Assembly: GCA_964658305.1 (NCBI GenBank)
Contig: OZ210884.1
Location: forward strand, 7,502,001-7,566,000
Direction of reading: 5' to 3'
From: Leptogorgia sarmentosa
Lineage: Eukaryota
DNA length: 64,000 nucleotides
Positions 27,400 through 40,143 of this stretch are shown here, one piece after another. Both the position numbers and the translations under genes were made by a program. Every line of letters begins with the position of its first letter. The stretch's first letter is position 1. The notes under the pieces are model-generated. The model did no database searches and was not told where the DNA came from. It saw nothing but the letters and a program-made list of their open reading frames with translations.

Positions 27400-28438
27400 A
27401 GGTGGGTTACAGTCCCTTCTGCGCATGTGCGCTGAGTTTGTTATGAGTAGGCTACTCATGTTACAATCATAACAAGTTCCCAGTCCTACAAAGTAATAAC
27501 AACACGCGCGGCCGCCTAAATGTTTTCGCTGTCGTGGGCTGCAAGGAGCGATGCTGATCCAGGCGCGTCAAGTTCCGCAAAAACCCTTCAAAAACTAAGC
27601 GTCGTTGCATATCTGACGCTAGAAAGGTATATGACAAGAAAAGAGACGCATCTTTCGGGCGGTGGAGAGCGTTCAAACAAGAACGCAGCCTGAAGACTGA
27701 CCAGAATGTGGCAGATTTTCTGCTCGATCATTTAATACGGACGGAGAAACACGTTATGGTGAGCGTGTTGATAATATAACTAAACCTTCGACCTTTTATG
27801 ATGATTTTACGCTTTTGGCCTTTGTCTTCACAAGAACAATCAACCCCTATTCGTAATTCATATATTTTGCTAAAAAGCTTTAACGAATATTAAATAAGTT
27901 TTGGGGTATTCTTACAAATACAAATTGACATGTAATGACTTGGGGGCGAAACGACTTGGGGCGAATCGACTTGGGGGCGAAACGACTGGATTCCACACCG
28001 AATACATATAAAATATGTAAAGGGAAGTACATTATTAAAGCGTAAAATCATCATAAAAGGTCAAAGGTTTAGTTATATTATCAACACACTCACCATAACG
28101 TGTTTCTCCGTGCGTAATTATCGAGCAGAAAATCTGCCACATTCTGGTCAGTCTTCACGTTGCGTTCTTGTTTGAACGCTCTCCACCTCTCGAAAGCTTC
28201 GAATAAAAATATCTTAGTTGCGTCTCTTTTCTTGCGCTTAGTATTTGAAGGGTTTTTCTGCGGAACTTGACGCGCCAGGATCAGCCATCGCTCCTTGCAG
28301 CCCACGACAGTGAAAACATTAGGCGGCCGCGCGTGTTGTTATTACTGTGTAGGACTGGGAACTTGTTATGATTGTAACATGAGTAGCCTACTCATAACAA
28401 ACTCAGCGCACATGCGCAGAAGGGACTGTAACCCACCT
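27400..28438. mobile_element. Kolobok-like non-autonomous foldback element with ~400-bp inverted arms
   Basis: TTAA|AGGTGGGTTACAGTCCCTTCTGCGCATGTGCGC...GCGCACATGCGCAGAAGGGACTGTAACCCACCT|TTAA. Arms at ~27400-27815 and ~28037-28438. Absent from the duplicate copy (~35895). TTAA TSD with AG..CT termini fits Kolobok. Confidence 0.8.
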
Positions 28439-28773
28439 TTAAAAAAGCCTCCCATATTGTCATCTGAAAAAAATAAAATTCACAATTATTAACGTAAAGT
28501 AAATAAAATAAAGTTGTCGCTTGTCGTGTGAGTAGTATGCCCCATATCCATAGTGATGAGTATGTAGTGTGATAATAACACAATAAACTTTCGTCTTCGG
28601 CAATCAAGTATCCGATTACGATTAATAACCAAACAATAGTTCATAAATTTTGTATAATTTCAATCGTGCATTTCACTGTTCATGTATAATGAAAAAATGA
28701 TAATCGTAAGGACATGAATATTTCAAAAATTACAGGTGTCTGCATGTCCATAACACTTAAACGCTTTGCGAAA

Positions 28774-31700
28774 ATGAACGCGCAGTTTGATTACGGTATT
28801 TTCATTTTGCTATTACAATGCACAATATTCGTCGAGGTATGTCCACCAAGTGCAAGTCCAAAACCCACGTCACCGCCAGTTTCAAATGGTCCGTCAATGG
28901 CGCCGCCGGCTGCGACTGATTCGCCTAAGACGGCAATACCGAGCGTTATAAATAATAAGGGGATGTTGTTGATTCCTACAAAAGGTAAAACTTAACTTCT
29001 GATAAAAAATATGTAACACAGCACTAACTTACCACAGACGATTGATTGCACGGAATATAAAACTCGTACAATAAAAGGATAAAAAATAACCATTTTTAGC
29101 GCGACATTCAAACAAGAACTTGAAGTGAAACGTTAAAGTCGTTTCATGATGAAAACTGTATTCGAGATACACACGCATGCACAGTGTTAATTTAGATATC
29201 ACTAATACGCGACAACTGTAAAATGGTAACGACGCCAAGGCATAAACAACAACGAAGGCAATTCAGAAACAATTTTTGTTGTTATTTTAACTTCTTTTGT
29301 GTATCCGATGGATATCCGGCATATCCTGGGATATCATATCCCAGGCTGGGTCCGATGCATACCCAAAAAAAAACATACAGATTTTTGAAAGGAAACCTCA
29401 AGTCTTAACACAAACTTTCCTTAATGAACCAGTGGTTAATGATGATAAGAAGAGGAGTTTGTGTTTTTAATTATCAGTGTTTTTTTTTTGAAATGTTAAA
29501 ATGCACGGTATACCTGAAGGTTCAAACTAGGGTCCATTATATTAGCGTGGTGTTAAAATTGTAACAATACCCATGCAAGAATAATTTCTGAAATATTAGT
29601 AATCGAGTTGATCATGGTATTATAGAGTATTTGGCCCGTTTCAAACGTCGAATTTTGGTCACGTCGAATGTGATTCAAATAATAGATAATGAGATGGCTA
29701 ACTACATTATCTATTATTTGAATTGCATTCGTTTTGACCAAAATTCGACTTTTGGAACGGGCCTTACGATGATATTATAGTATGAGCACAGAAGACTTAT
29801 ATGCAGAGGTGTAACTGTTGTGCCCACTTTTTTTTGTGCGCATGCTCGGCAAGTTACTTCATGCGTGCATCTGATTGGATGACGACTAAATTTAAACTTG
29901 CCGAGCATGCGTAGCAGATAATTTTTTGGCCAGGCCGCATTAAAAAAGTGGGCACATGAAAATGCCACTTTTTAATATTTAGTTAGACCTCTGCCTTATA
30001 TCTGCTATGTGAAGTTGGCCTTGAAAGATTGCGTGTAATATTCCAAATTTGGTAATGCAATTAGGACTCTTTCAAAACAAACTTGGTAACCGCGCTTTGA
30101 GAAGTGAAATGACATCGACTGTCATGCGTATTTTCGTTGCATCTGATATACAATTCTGCACCTGCTGGAACTTTGTCAAGCATTTAGCGAGGTGTTAATT
30201 AAATAAAGTATCCAAATTGTAAGAACAGCCAATGCAAGAGTAATTTCTGAAAGAATAGCAATCAAGTTGATCATGGTATTATACAGTATTAGGATAATAT
30301 AGATTAAATTCACGTACAGATCCAAAAATAATCTTCTCGCGATCAAGTGAATTTTTGCTAACACCGAGCAAACAGCACTGTCAATTTTTTCAATTATTTA
30401 ATTAAAGAATGACAGTATGTTGAACTTTAATCTTGTATTCTAATTATATTCACGCACCTGATTCAACAACATGTTAGTTCAATATATACCCTCCCTTTCT
30501 TCTGAAACGTTAATTTGAAATCAAGTTTTGATGCTTACATTGCAAAATGGCGAGAAAAATTTATCATTGTCTCCTCATTTTCGTGCTTTGGACCGGAATT
30601 GTTGTCGATTCGTGTTCGAAACTTTTTAAACAGAATCCCAGACGACCCTCAACGGGCCAATCAACGTCTGGGGCAACTGATTCCCCAACGACATCAGAAC
30701 ATGCACCGCCAGACGTGATACGTTCAAAAGAAATGCTAGTTTTTCCAGTTAAAGGTATAAAAGTGACATTAGTGGCTCGATCATCCCTTTAATTTCATTG
30801 CTGTTAAGGAAAACGATGTAACTGAATGTCAAATAGAAAAATTACATCCAATTTAAATGAAGATAAACACTGTACATTAATCAAGTTAACTATAGTTAAC
30901 GAAGGTTCAGTGTGCACTTCCATTTGTAACCTACTGGTTAAAATTAAAATAGATCACATGATTGATAACATGGAAGTCGAGAAACTGGTCGGACTGTCTA
31001 TTGCAAGCAGGTCTTAACACTTGATGGACCGTTCAACAACAAAACCGAAGTAACAGATGATCTAGTATTTTTATGGTTTCTTTCAGGCAGAGGCAGGGTT
31101 GTTAGTAGAACTTCAATCAGGGGGGGATGTATTCATATATTCATGTTCTGCCCGACGGATTTCTTTTGAAATTAATTGAAAAACAGCGGATTTCAAAAAA
31201 AAAACCGTCGGGCAGAACACAAATATACGAATATACCCCCCGGCCATTAATGCTCTAGCTCCACCCTTCTTTCAGGCAATTACCGTGTAAATGAAATGAC
31301 GTTCTTGATCAGTCAAGTTACTTTAATTGATCAGGAAGGGGGAGTGGCTCGGGAATGGTACCAAGGCCCCCTGAAATAGCCGCTCCTCTCTTTCCGCAGG
31401 TCACTTTTGCATATCAATTCGCGCGAGCCTGTTATCCTAGTACCAGGCTTTCTACAGACGGAAAAGCTTCGCCATTGTTCTGCATGTGACAATTTTCTCA
31501 TTGTTTTTACTATTCCTTTAAATTAATAATTGACATGATAATAAAGCAAACAGGAAAGAGAAGTATTTTGCATGTGTGAGACTTGGACCGTTGAAGTTTT
31601 ATTCACGATCTCGGGTACACAAAACGTATACTCATCCTCCCCGGCCCAGTAAAAATGTGTTAATTATTATATCTATAATTGTGATTTCCTTAGGTTATCG

Positions 31701-32093
31701 TCTTGATAAATGTTTTTATACGGAGACGCGCGTTGGTAGTATGTTGGAATGTGTTCATTTGTGTCTTCGAGAGAATGGCCGATGTTTGTCTATCAACATT
31801 GAAAAAACAAAGGGCAATGGTGGCTGCAAATGCCAACTGAACAACTCCACAAAAGAACATCATGTTGACAAATTCATCAAAGATGCCACTTACACCTACT
31901 GCGAGCCGATCAAAGTATGCATATTTGTTATTTATATCTGGATATTAATATTACAACATCTTACATCTGTCAAATGTTCTTTGGCCATAGTGACTTCATA
32001 CAACTGAAAACTACATAATGTATCTTTCATTTCCAGGCTTGGGTCAATGGCGAGGCCGTCTCCTTTGAACAAGTCAACATGCTCAGAAATTAA
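28774..32093 (+). CDS. Small secreted PAN/Apple-domain protein with two candidate alternative first exons (copy 1)
   Basis: First exon A 28774-28984 or first exon B 30547-30754. Each has an ATG, a hydrophobic signal peptide, a Ser/Thr/Pro-rich linker and ends MLxxPxK-G|GT (phase 1). PAN exon 31694-31914 (GYRLDKC..ECVHLCLREN.RCLSIN..CQLNNST), last exon 32037-32093, AATAAA downstream. Confidence 0.7.
29633..29763. mobile_element. Palindromic MITE, probably related to the 120-bp Harbinger-like family (duplicate at 37089-37219)
   Basis: GGCCCGTTTCAAACGTCGAATTTTGGTCA / TGACCAAAATTCGACTTTTGGAACGGGCC inverted termini. Confidence 0.6.
31090..31266. mobile_element. Short hairpin insertion flanked by a direct repeat (duplicate at ~38480-38657)
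   Basis: Internal inverted repeat GTTCTGCCCGACGG / CCGTCGGGCAGAAC. TTCTTTCAGGCA occurs on both sides (31078-31089, 31267-31278). Confidence 0.55.
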
Positions 32094-32759
32094 GCAGAAA
32101 TTGAACGAGTTAAAACCTACAGTAGTACGTGTACAATAATAAAAATGTGTTGCATTATTAAAACCCTGAAAAAAATGACAACTTGTATATAACTTTATAC
32201 CAAAAGAATAACCACTAGGATTAGTCAGAGAAGCTGATCGTGACGGGAATGTGGATATGGTAAGTGAGCCTAAAAAGGTATTTTATTTGATGAGCTACAA
32301 TAAAAGTCTATAAATCGTACAACGTGAAGTTTTGCGCATGCAGACAAAACTGTATTGCTACTAAAGTATTACTATTAACATAAATATTGAAAAATCATGT
32401 AAATATTATTGTAATTACTGTATGTATTGAGAATGTAGACAATCGTCAGTAAATTTGAATCGGATTAAAGGTTTAGAATGCAAACCTACCTTCAAAGAAA
32501 CAAGGTAAACCTTGGCCTATTTTCTCTCTAGGTCGCACATATTCTCTCACAGAACCTCAAATATACGATTGCATGGAATAAAACCCATTTTGAATATCTA
32601 TAACGCTTAAATTTGGCGCATGCGCAGACGTTATTCCGTGGTGTTTGTTCACACAGTATTTGTCTAAAGACGCTTTTGAACATTTATTATGATTTTACCA
32701 CAATCTAGAATTACAAAACAATAATTCTTCAATGAAGAAATTATGAGAATGAACGTTAA

Positions 32760-33659
32760 TTACTTGGTGCAAACTGCGCATGTCAGTTCTCCTCCTTGTT
32801 TGTATGGGAGACATGGCAAGGAACCACAATGACTTTCGACCACATACAACAAACCACCGTTCAAATTCGCTTGGGTGCCCTGTCTTGCTTCAGGGGCGGA
32901 ATCCACACAGATAAACTCACTTCGCTTGTGACTGATGTGGTTTGACATCAGGTAACCATGGTACTCTAGTGTCCATCCACTGGGACAAACATTGCGGGCA
33001 GGGATCATCACGTGACTTGAACGTGATTCGGCATGGCATACGGCGCAAACTGCCTCATGGTCATGAAGATTGTTCGGGAAAAGTGGCGCGTGTGCATTCA
33101 TTTCGTATTCAACTCCGTATACGTAAGAGTAACCTTGGTTTCCATTTATGGTTTTACCGTAGATTGGATTGAGTGGCATGCAAAGGTAGTTTGATCCTCC
33201 ACCTGCATGAGTATAGTGAGAACCTCCCATTACACCTGAAATAAAAAAAACATTTTATACTCACTGATAATCCCACCAAACAAAAGTGATGTCAACAGCA
33301 AAAATTTTTCCCACTGCTGTGGGCAAATTAATCGTTTAAACGTTTTGAGAGAAAAAATTTTATGGCTCCAAATTCCAGTGTATGCTAGTACAATGTAATA
33401 TGTATCTGTACAATTAAAGTATACTGGAATTTCTAAAATATGATTATACGTATCCATCAACGATCCGATTGCCTCACATCAATTCGGAATTTCACAATAG
33501 GAATCTAGTTTATGTTCATGATACACATACCCTGGTACAAAAGCTCAGTTCCACTGCGACAGGTCTTTTTACCCCATCTCGTATACACAGTTCCTCCAGA
33601 AGACCCAGGTGGTCCCATTTGACCTTGTCTACCCTGCGGGCCAGGTGGACCTCGCGGTC
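32760..33659 (-). pseudogene. Short-chain collagen C4 (spongin-related) gene copy lacking its 5' exons
   Basis: Exons 33531-33659 (Gly-X-Y plus GGTVYTRWGKKTC) and 32760-33235 (GGGSNYLCMP..YGVEYE..CAVC..MIPARNVCPSGWTLEYHGYLM..CVD..YVVE..CGSLPCLPY..ELTCAVCTK) are intact. No signal-peptide or upstream collagen exons are seen before the duplication junction at ~33979. Confidence 0.65.
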
Positions 33660-33978
33660 CTATAGAAAGTATAGTTACAAGAATGTTATCTAACCAAACA
33701 GCAAAGGCATCGCAATACGCCATTACCAGGGGCGGTTTAGACTGTAGGGTTAACCATGTCCCTGCTTCCTGCTTCCTGACCCCGCTTTGATCCTCTCCTA
33801 CATCATAATCTCGCGAAAATGTTATTAAAGGCCAGTTTACACTGTACAACTTTTGCTTACAATTGTCATTTTAGAAAAGTAAGCTTTTAAAGCATGCTTT
33901 CAAAAGGTTGCAACTTTCTTCGTGTTGTATCGAACTGCTGTAGCGAGTTGTAGGGTTAATTTACATTGTACAATTCGA

Positions 33979-35115
33979 GATCTCTACTTAAAGTGGCCAC
34001 ATTGCAATGAGTCTGCAAAGATTTATTGTGCAGATATGAATTCAACAAAACCTAAAGAATATGTCACATTGCCAACAGGAGGAAGAAATAACTATGCACT
34101 TCATTACAACACGAAAAGTGGCTACAAAAAACAAGCACAGTGGACACGCTTCGAAAAGGTATTTTTCGCGTATACCTAATACTTTTATTACCCATTTTTA
34201 ATATTTGTACAAGATACTATTACTTGATTAAAATATACCTCGAATTGTCAAATCAAAAATCTTACACCACATGAACGTTCGATTTGAAAATGGCATGTAA
34301 AACATGATCATAATGCCATCAAATTCGAAAGTGAGGCTGAATTGCTAAGCCTAGAATTCATTCACCATGAATTAATATTACTAAAATTTGACAAACTTAT
34401 CATTGTTCTCTATATATGTTTACATTAATTTAATGCTATTTTTGGCATATAGCTATCAATTTGTCAAAGGTGAATTGTTCGAACATCGCATGCCAAAATA
34501 TCCCAATTTTATGACATTTCTCCTCCAAACTCTAAGATTATACTAATTTTACTGCCTTGATTCCAACTGTGAAGATAAATTACTAGACATTGTAGTTGGT
34601 AAAAGCAGTTTGAAGGTAAAAGCAGTCATTTTTCTGCTAGCAGATAACTGAGGTATATCTGCAAAATGAGCCTACGATGATTAGCAAGCGGTATCTATTT
34701 AACACAAACAAATGCCAATGTTTTCATAAATATGAACAGGCCCAAATTCCCAAAACTGCATATTTTTTTCTAGGTGCGTCTCAATGTTGGCGATTATTCA
34801 ATCAACAAAACAGACTTCCGATTTGCCACGACCACCATGTCGAACGTGTTTCATGGTTTTGCCACAGCTAGCGACTGCCTTTCCTTTTCCTGTTCACAAG
34901 AAAGTAGAAAAGGAAACTTCACGGTCGATGTTACTGGTACAAATTTTCTGTTACCATACAACATTCCATATGCATTTCATTCATGGCCGCCCTGTACAAA
35001 GAATGTGTTTAAGAAATTCATGAGTTCCGATCGCCGACAGTGGTCAGGATTCTGCGGAGGATACTGCGGTCGTTGCTGGCCTAAAAAAATTTATCTCGTG
35101 TTTGAAAGATGTTAA
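33979..35115 (+). pseudogene. 5'-truncated duplicate of the GON-domain gene (partial exon 33979-34158, last exon 34774-35115)
   Basis: Nearly identical to 25524-25703 and 26068-26409, but lacks the acceptor and first ~59 nt of the exon and all PAN/EGF exons. Confidence 0.75.
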
Positions 35116-35388
35116 ATTTATTCACAAGAACATATAAAAATTTTATCTCGTGTTTGAAAGATGTTAAAGTTATTCACAGGAACATATAAAAATTTTATCT
35201 CGTGTTTGAAAGATGTTAAAGTTATTCACAAGAACATATAAAAATTTTATCTCGTCTTTGAAAGATGTTAAAGTTATTCACAGGAACATATAAAAATTTT
35301 ATCTCGTGTTTGAAAGATGTTAAAGTTATTCACAGAAACATAAAAATTTTATCTCGTGTTTGAAAGATGTTATAAAGTTATTCACAGG
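35084..35388 (+). repeat. 52-bp tandem repeat, ~6 copies
   Basis: Same unit as 26377-26890 with fewer copies. Confidence 0.9.
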
Positions 35389-36231
35389 AGCATATTTAAC
35401 TCAGATTGTACTTCACTTTGTTGAATGCATGCAACCCCTGAAGAATAAAAAACATTTTAAAACTATTAATTTCGAAACCATCCTAGAAGACGCTTATTGG
35501 CCTACGGAACGTAGCCGGACCGGAACAATGCCACTCATGCACCAGAATGTGCGAAGTCCCGTTTGTCGTATACATTATTCATGCCATTTCAAAAGCTTTT
35601 CATTATTTCAAAATATCATGATTGTAACAAAAGACAGGAGAAAATTATTTTGTGTTGACTTAGAGTTCATATATATGTACTCTTAAGACAACATAAAAAA
35701 AACATCTGTTCCATAGCAGACATATATTCATTTCGACATGCATATTTTATTTGTAATACATTTCGAGAATACATAACTTTTAGCATAGTTTTACATCAGT
35801 CTTAAGTATAAATCTTGAACGTTGAATTGCTTTAAACGTATACATATTGCAGCAATATATCCTATCCAAATTCAAGATATCATATTTTTGTACAATGTAA
35901 AAAAGCCTCCCATATTGTCGTCTGAAAAAATTAAAATTCACAATTATTAACGTAAAGGAAATAAAATAAACATGTCGCTTGTCTTGTGAGTAGTATGCCC
36001 CATATCCATAGTGATGAGTATGTAGTGTGATAGTAACACAATAAACTTTCGTCTTCGGCAATCAAGTATCCGATTACGATTAATAACCAAACAATAGTTC
36101 ATAAATTTTGTATAATTTCAATCGTGCATTTCACTGTTCATGTATAATGAAAAAATGATAATCGTAAGGACATGAATATTTCAAAAATTACAGGTGTCTG
36201 CATGTCCATAACACTTAAACGCTTTGCGAAA

Positions 36232-39200
36232 ATGATCACGCAGTTTGATTACGGTATTTTCATTTTGCTATTACAATGCACAATATTCGTCGAGGTATGT
36301 CCACCAAGTGCAAGTCCAAAGCCCACGTCACCGCCAGTTTCAAATGGTCCGTCAATGGCGCCGCCGGCTGCGACTGATTCGCCTAAGACGGCAATACCGA
36401 GCGTTATAAATAATAAGGGGATGTTGTTGATTCCTACAAAAGGTAAAACTTAACTTCTGATAAAAAATATGTAACGCTGCCCTAACTTACCACAGACGAT
36501 TGATTGCACGGAATATAAAACTCGTACAATAAAAGGATAAAAAATAACCATTTTAAGCGCGACATTCAAACAAGGACTTGAAGTGAAACGTTAAAGTCGT
36601 TTCATAATGAAAACTGTATTCGAGATACACACGCTTGCAGAGTGTTAATTTAGATATCACTAATACGCGACAACTGTAAAATGGTAACGACGCCAAGGCA
36701 TAAACAACAACGAAGGCAATTCAGAAACAATTTTTGTTGTTATTTTAACTCCTTTTGTGTATCCGATGGATATCCGGCATATCCTGGGATATCATATCCC
36801 AGGCTGGGTCCGATGCATACCCAAAAAAAACATACAGATTTTTGAAAGGAAACCTCAAGTCTTAACACAAACTTTTCTTAATGAACCAGTGGTTAATGAT
36901 GATAAGAAGAGGAGTTTGTGTTTTTAATTATCAGTGTTTTTTTTTGAAATGTTAAAATGCACGGTATACCTGAAGGTTCAAACTAGGGTCCATTATATTA
37001 GCGTGGTGTTAAAATTGTAACAATACCCATGCAAGAATAATTTCTGAAATATTAGTAATCGAGTTGATCATGGTATTATAGAGTATTTGGCCCGTTTCAA
37101 ACGTCGAATTTTGGTCACGCCGAATGTGATTCAAATAATGGATAATGAGATGGCTAACTACATTATCTATTGTTTGAATTGCATTCGTTTTGACCAAAAT
37201 TCGACTTTTGAAACGGGCCTTACGATGATATTATAGTATGAGCACAGAAGACTTATATGCAGAGGTGTAACTGTTGTGCCCACTTTCTGTGCGCATGCTC
37301 GGCAGGTTACTTGATGCGTGCATCTGATTGGATGACGACTAAATTTAAACTTGCCGAACATGCGTAGCTGATCATTTTTTGGCCAGGCCGCATTAAAAAA
37401 GTGGGTACATGAAAATGCTACTTTTTAATATTTAGTTAGACCTCTGCCTTATATCTGCTATGTGAAGTTGACCTTGAAAGATTGCGTGTAATATTCCAAA
37501 TTTGGTAATGCAATTAGGACTCTTTCAAAACAAACTGATATACGATTCTGCACCTGCTGGAACTTTGTCAAGCATTTAGCAAGGTGTTAATTAAATAAAG
37601 TATCCAAATTGTAAGAATAGCAATGCATGAGTAATTTCTGAAAGAATAGCAATCAAGTTGATTATGGTATTATACAGTATTAGGATAATATAGATTAAAT
37701 TCACGTACAGATCCAAAAATAATCTTCTCGCGATCAAGTGAATTTTTGCTAACACCGAGCAAACAGCACTGTCAATTTTTTCAATTATTTAATTAAAGAA
37801 TGACAGTATGTTGAACTTTAATCTTGTATTCTAATTATATTCACGCACCTGATTCAACAACATGTTAGTTCAATATATACCCTCCCTTTCTTCTGAAACG
37901 TTAATTTGAAATCAAGTTTTGATGCTTACATTGCAAAATGGCGAGAAAAATCTATCATTGTCTCCTCATTTTCGTGCTTTGGACCGGAATTGTTGTCGAT
38001 TCGTGTTCGAAACTTTTTAAACAGAATCCCAGACGACCCTCAACGGGCCAATCAACGTCTGGGGCAACTGATTCCCCAACGACATCAGAACATGCACCGC
38101 CAGACGTGATACGTTCAAAAGAAATGCTAGTTTTTCCAGTTAAAGGTATAAAAGTGACATTAGTGGCTCGATCATCCTTTTAATTTCATTGCTGTTAAGG
38201 AAAACGATGTAACTGAATGTCAAATAGAAAAATTACATCCAATTTAAATGAAGATAAACACTGTACATAAATCAAGTTAACTATAGTTAACGAAGGTTCA
38301 GTGTGCACTTCCATTTGTAACCTACTGGTTAAAATTAAAATAGATCACATGATTGATAACATGGAAGTCGAGAAACTGGTCGGACTGTCTATTGCAAGCA
38401 GGTCTTAACACTTTATGGACCGTTCAACAACAAAACCGAAGTAACAGATGATCTAGTATTTTTATGGTTTCTTTCAGGCAGAGGCAGGGTTGTTAGTAGA
38501 ACTTCAATCAGGGGGGGATGTATTCATATATTCATGTTCTGCCCGACGGATTTCTTTTGAAATTAATTGAAAAACAGCGGATTTCAAAAAAAAAACCGTC
38601 GGGCAGAACACAAATATACGAATATACCCCCCGGCCATTAATGCTCTAGCTCCACCCTTCTTTCAGGCAATTACCGTGTAAATGAAATGACGTTCTTGAT
38701 CAGTCAAGTTACTTTAATTGATCAGGAAGGGGGAGTGGCTCGGGAATGGTACCAAGGCCCCCTGAAATAGCGACTCCTCTCCTTCCGAAGGTCACTTTTG
38801 CATATCAATTCGCGCGAGCCTGTTATCCTAGTACCAGGCTTTCTACAGACGGAAAAGCTTCGCCATTGTTCTGCATGTGACAATTTTCTCATTGTTTTTA
38901 CTATTCCTTTAAATTAATAATTGACATGATCATAAAGCAAACAGGAAAGAGAAGTATTTTGCATGTGTGAGCCTTGGACCGTTGAAGTTTTATTCACGAT
39001 CTCGGGTACACAAAACGTATACTCATCCTCCCCGGCCCAGTAAAAATGTGTTAATTATTATATCTAATTGTGATTTCCTTAGGTTATCGTCTTGATAAAT
39101 GTTTTTATACGGAGACGCGCGTTGGCAGTATGTTGGAATGTGTTCATTTGTGTCTTCGAGAGAATGGCCGATGTCTGTCTATCAACATTGAAAAAACAAA

Positions 39201-39470
39201 GGGCAATGGTGGCTGCAAATGCCAACTGAACAACTCCACAAAAGAACATCATGCTGACAAATTCATCAAAGATGCCACTTACACCTACTGCGAGCCGATC
39301 AAAGTATGCATATTTGTTATTTATATCTGGATATTAATATTATAACATCTGTGAAATGTTCTTTGGCCATACTGACTTTATACGACTGAAAACTACATAT
39401 CTTTCATTTCCAGGCTTGGGTCAATGGTGAGGCCGTCTCCTTTGAACAAGTCAACATGCTCAGAAATTAA
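36232..39470 (+). CDS. Small secreted PAN/Apple-domain protein with two candidate alternative first exons (copy 2)
   Basis: Exon A' 36232-36442 or B' 37938-38145, PAN exon 39083-39303, last exon 39414-39470. Near-identical to copy 1 with frames intact. Confidence 0.7.
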
Positions 39471-40143
39471 GCAGAAATTGGACGAGTTAAAACCTACAGT
39501 AGTACGTTTTTCTATGTACAATAATAAAATGTGTTGTATTATTAAAACCCTGAAAAAAATGACAACTTGTATATAACTTCATACGAAAAGAATAACCACT
39601 AGGATTAGTCAGAGAAGCTGATCGTGACGGGAATGTGGATATGGTAAGTGAGCCTAAAAAGGTATTTTATTTGATGAGCTACGATAAAAGTCTATAAATC
39701 GTACAACGTGAAGTTTTGCGCATGCAGACAAAACTGTATTGCTACTAAAGTATTACTATTAACATAAATATTGAAAAATCATGTAAATATTATTGTAATT
39801 ACTGTATGTATTGAGAATGTAGACAATCGTCAGTAAATTTGAATCGGATTAAAGGTTTAGAATGCAAACCTACCTTCAAAGAAACAAGGTAAACCTTGGC
39901 CTATTTTCTCTCTAGGTCGCACATATTCTCTCACAGAACCCCAAATATACGATTGCATGGAATAAAACCCATTTTAAATATCTATAACGCTTAAATTTGC
40001 CGCATGCGCAGACGTTATTCCGTGGTGTTTGTTCACACAGTATTTGTCTAAAGACGCTTTTGAACATTTATTATGATTTTACCACAATCTAGAATTACAA
40101 AACAATAATTCTTCAATGAAGAAATTATGAGAATGAACGTTAA

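Larger units (their letters stand above)
25524..33250. repeat. Tandem segmental duplication, copy 1
   Basis: Near-identical to 33979-~40630 (GON exons, 52-bp repeat, PAN gene, last collagen exon), apart from indels such as the 1-kb element at 27400-28438. Confidence 0.9.
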
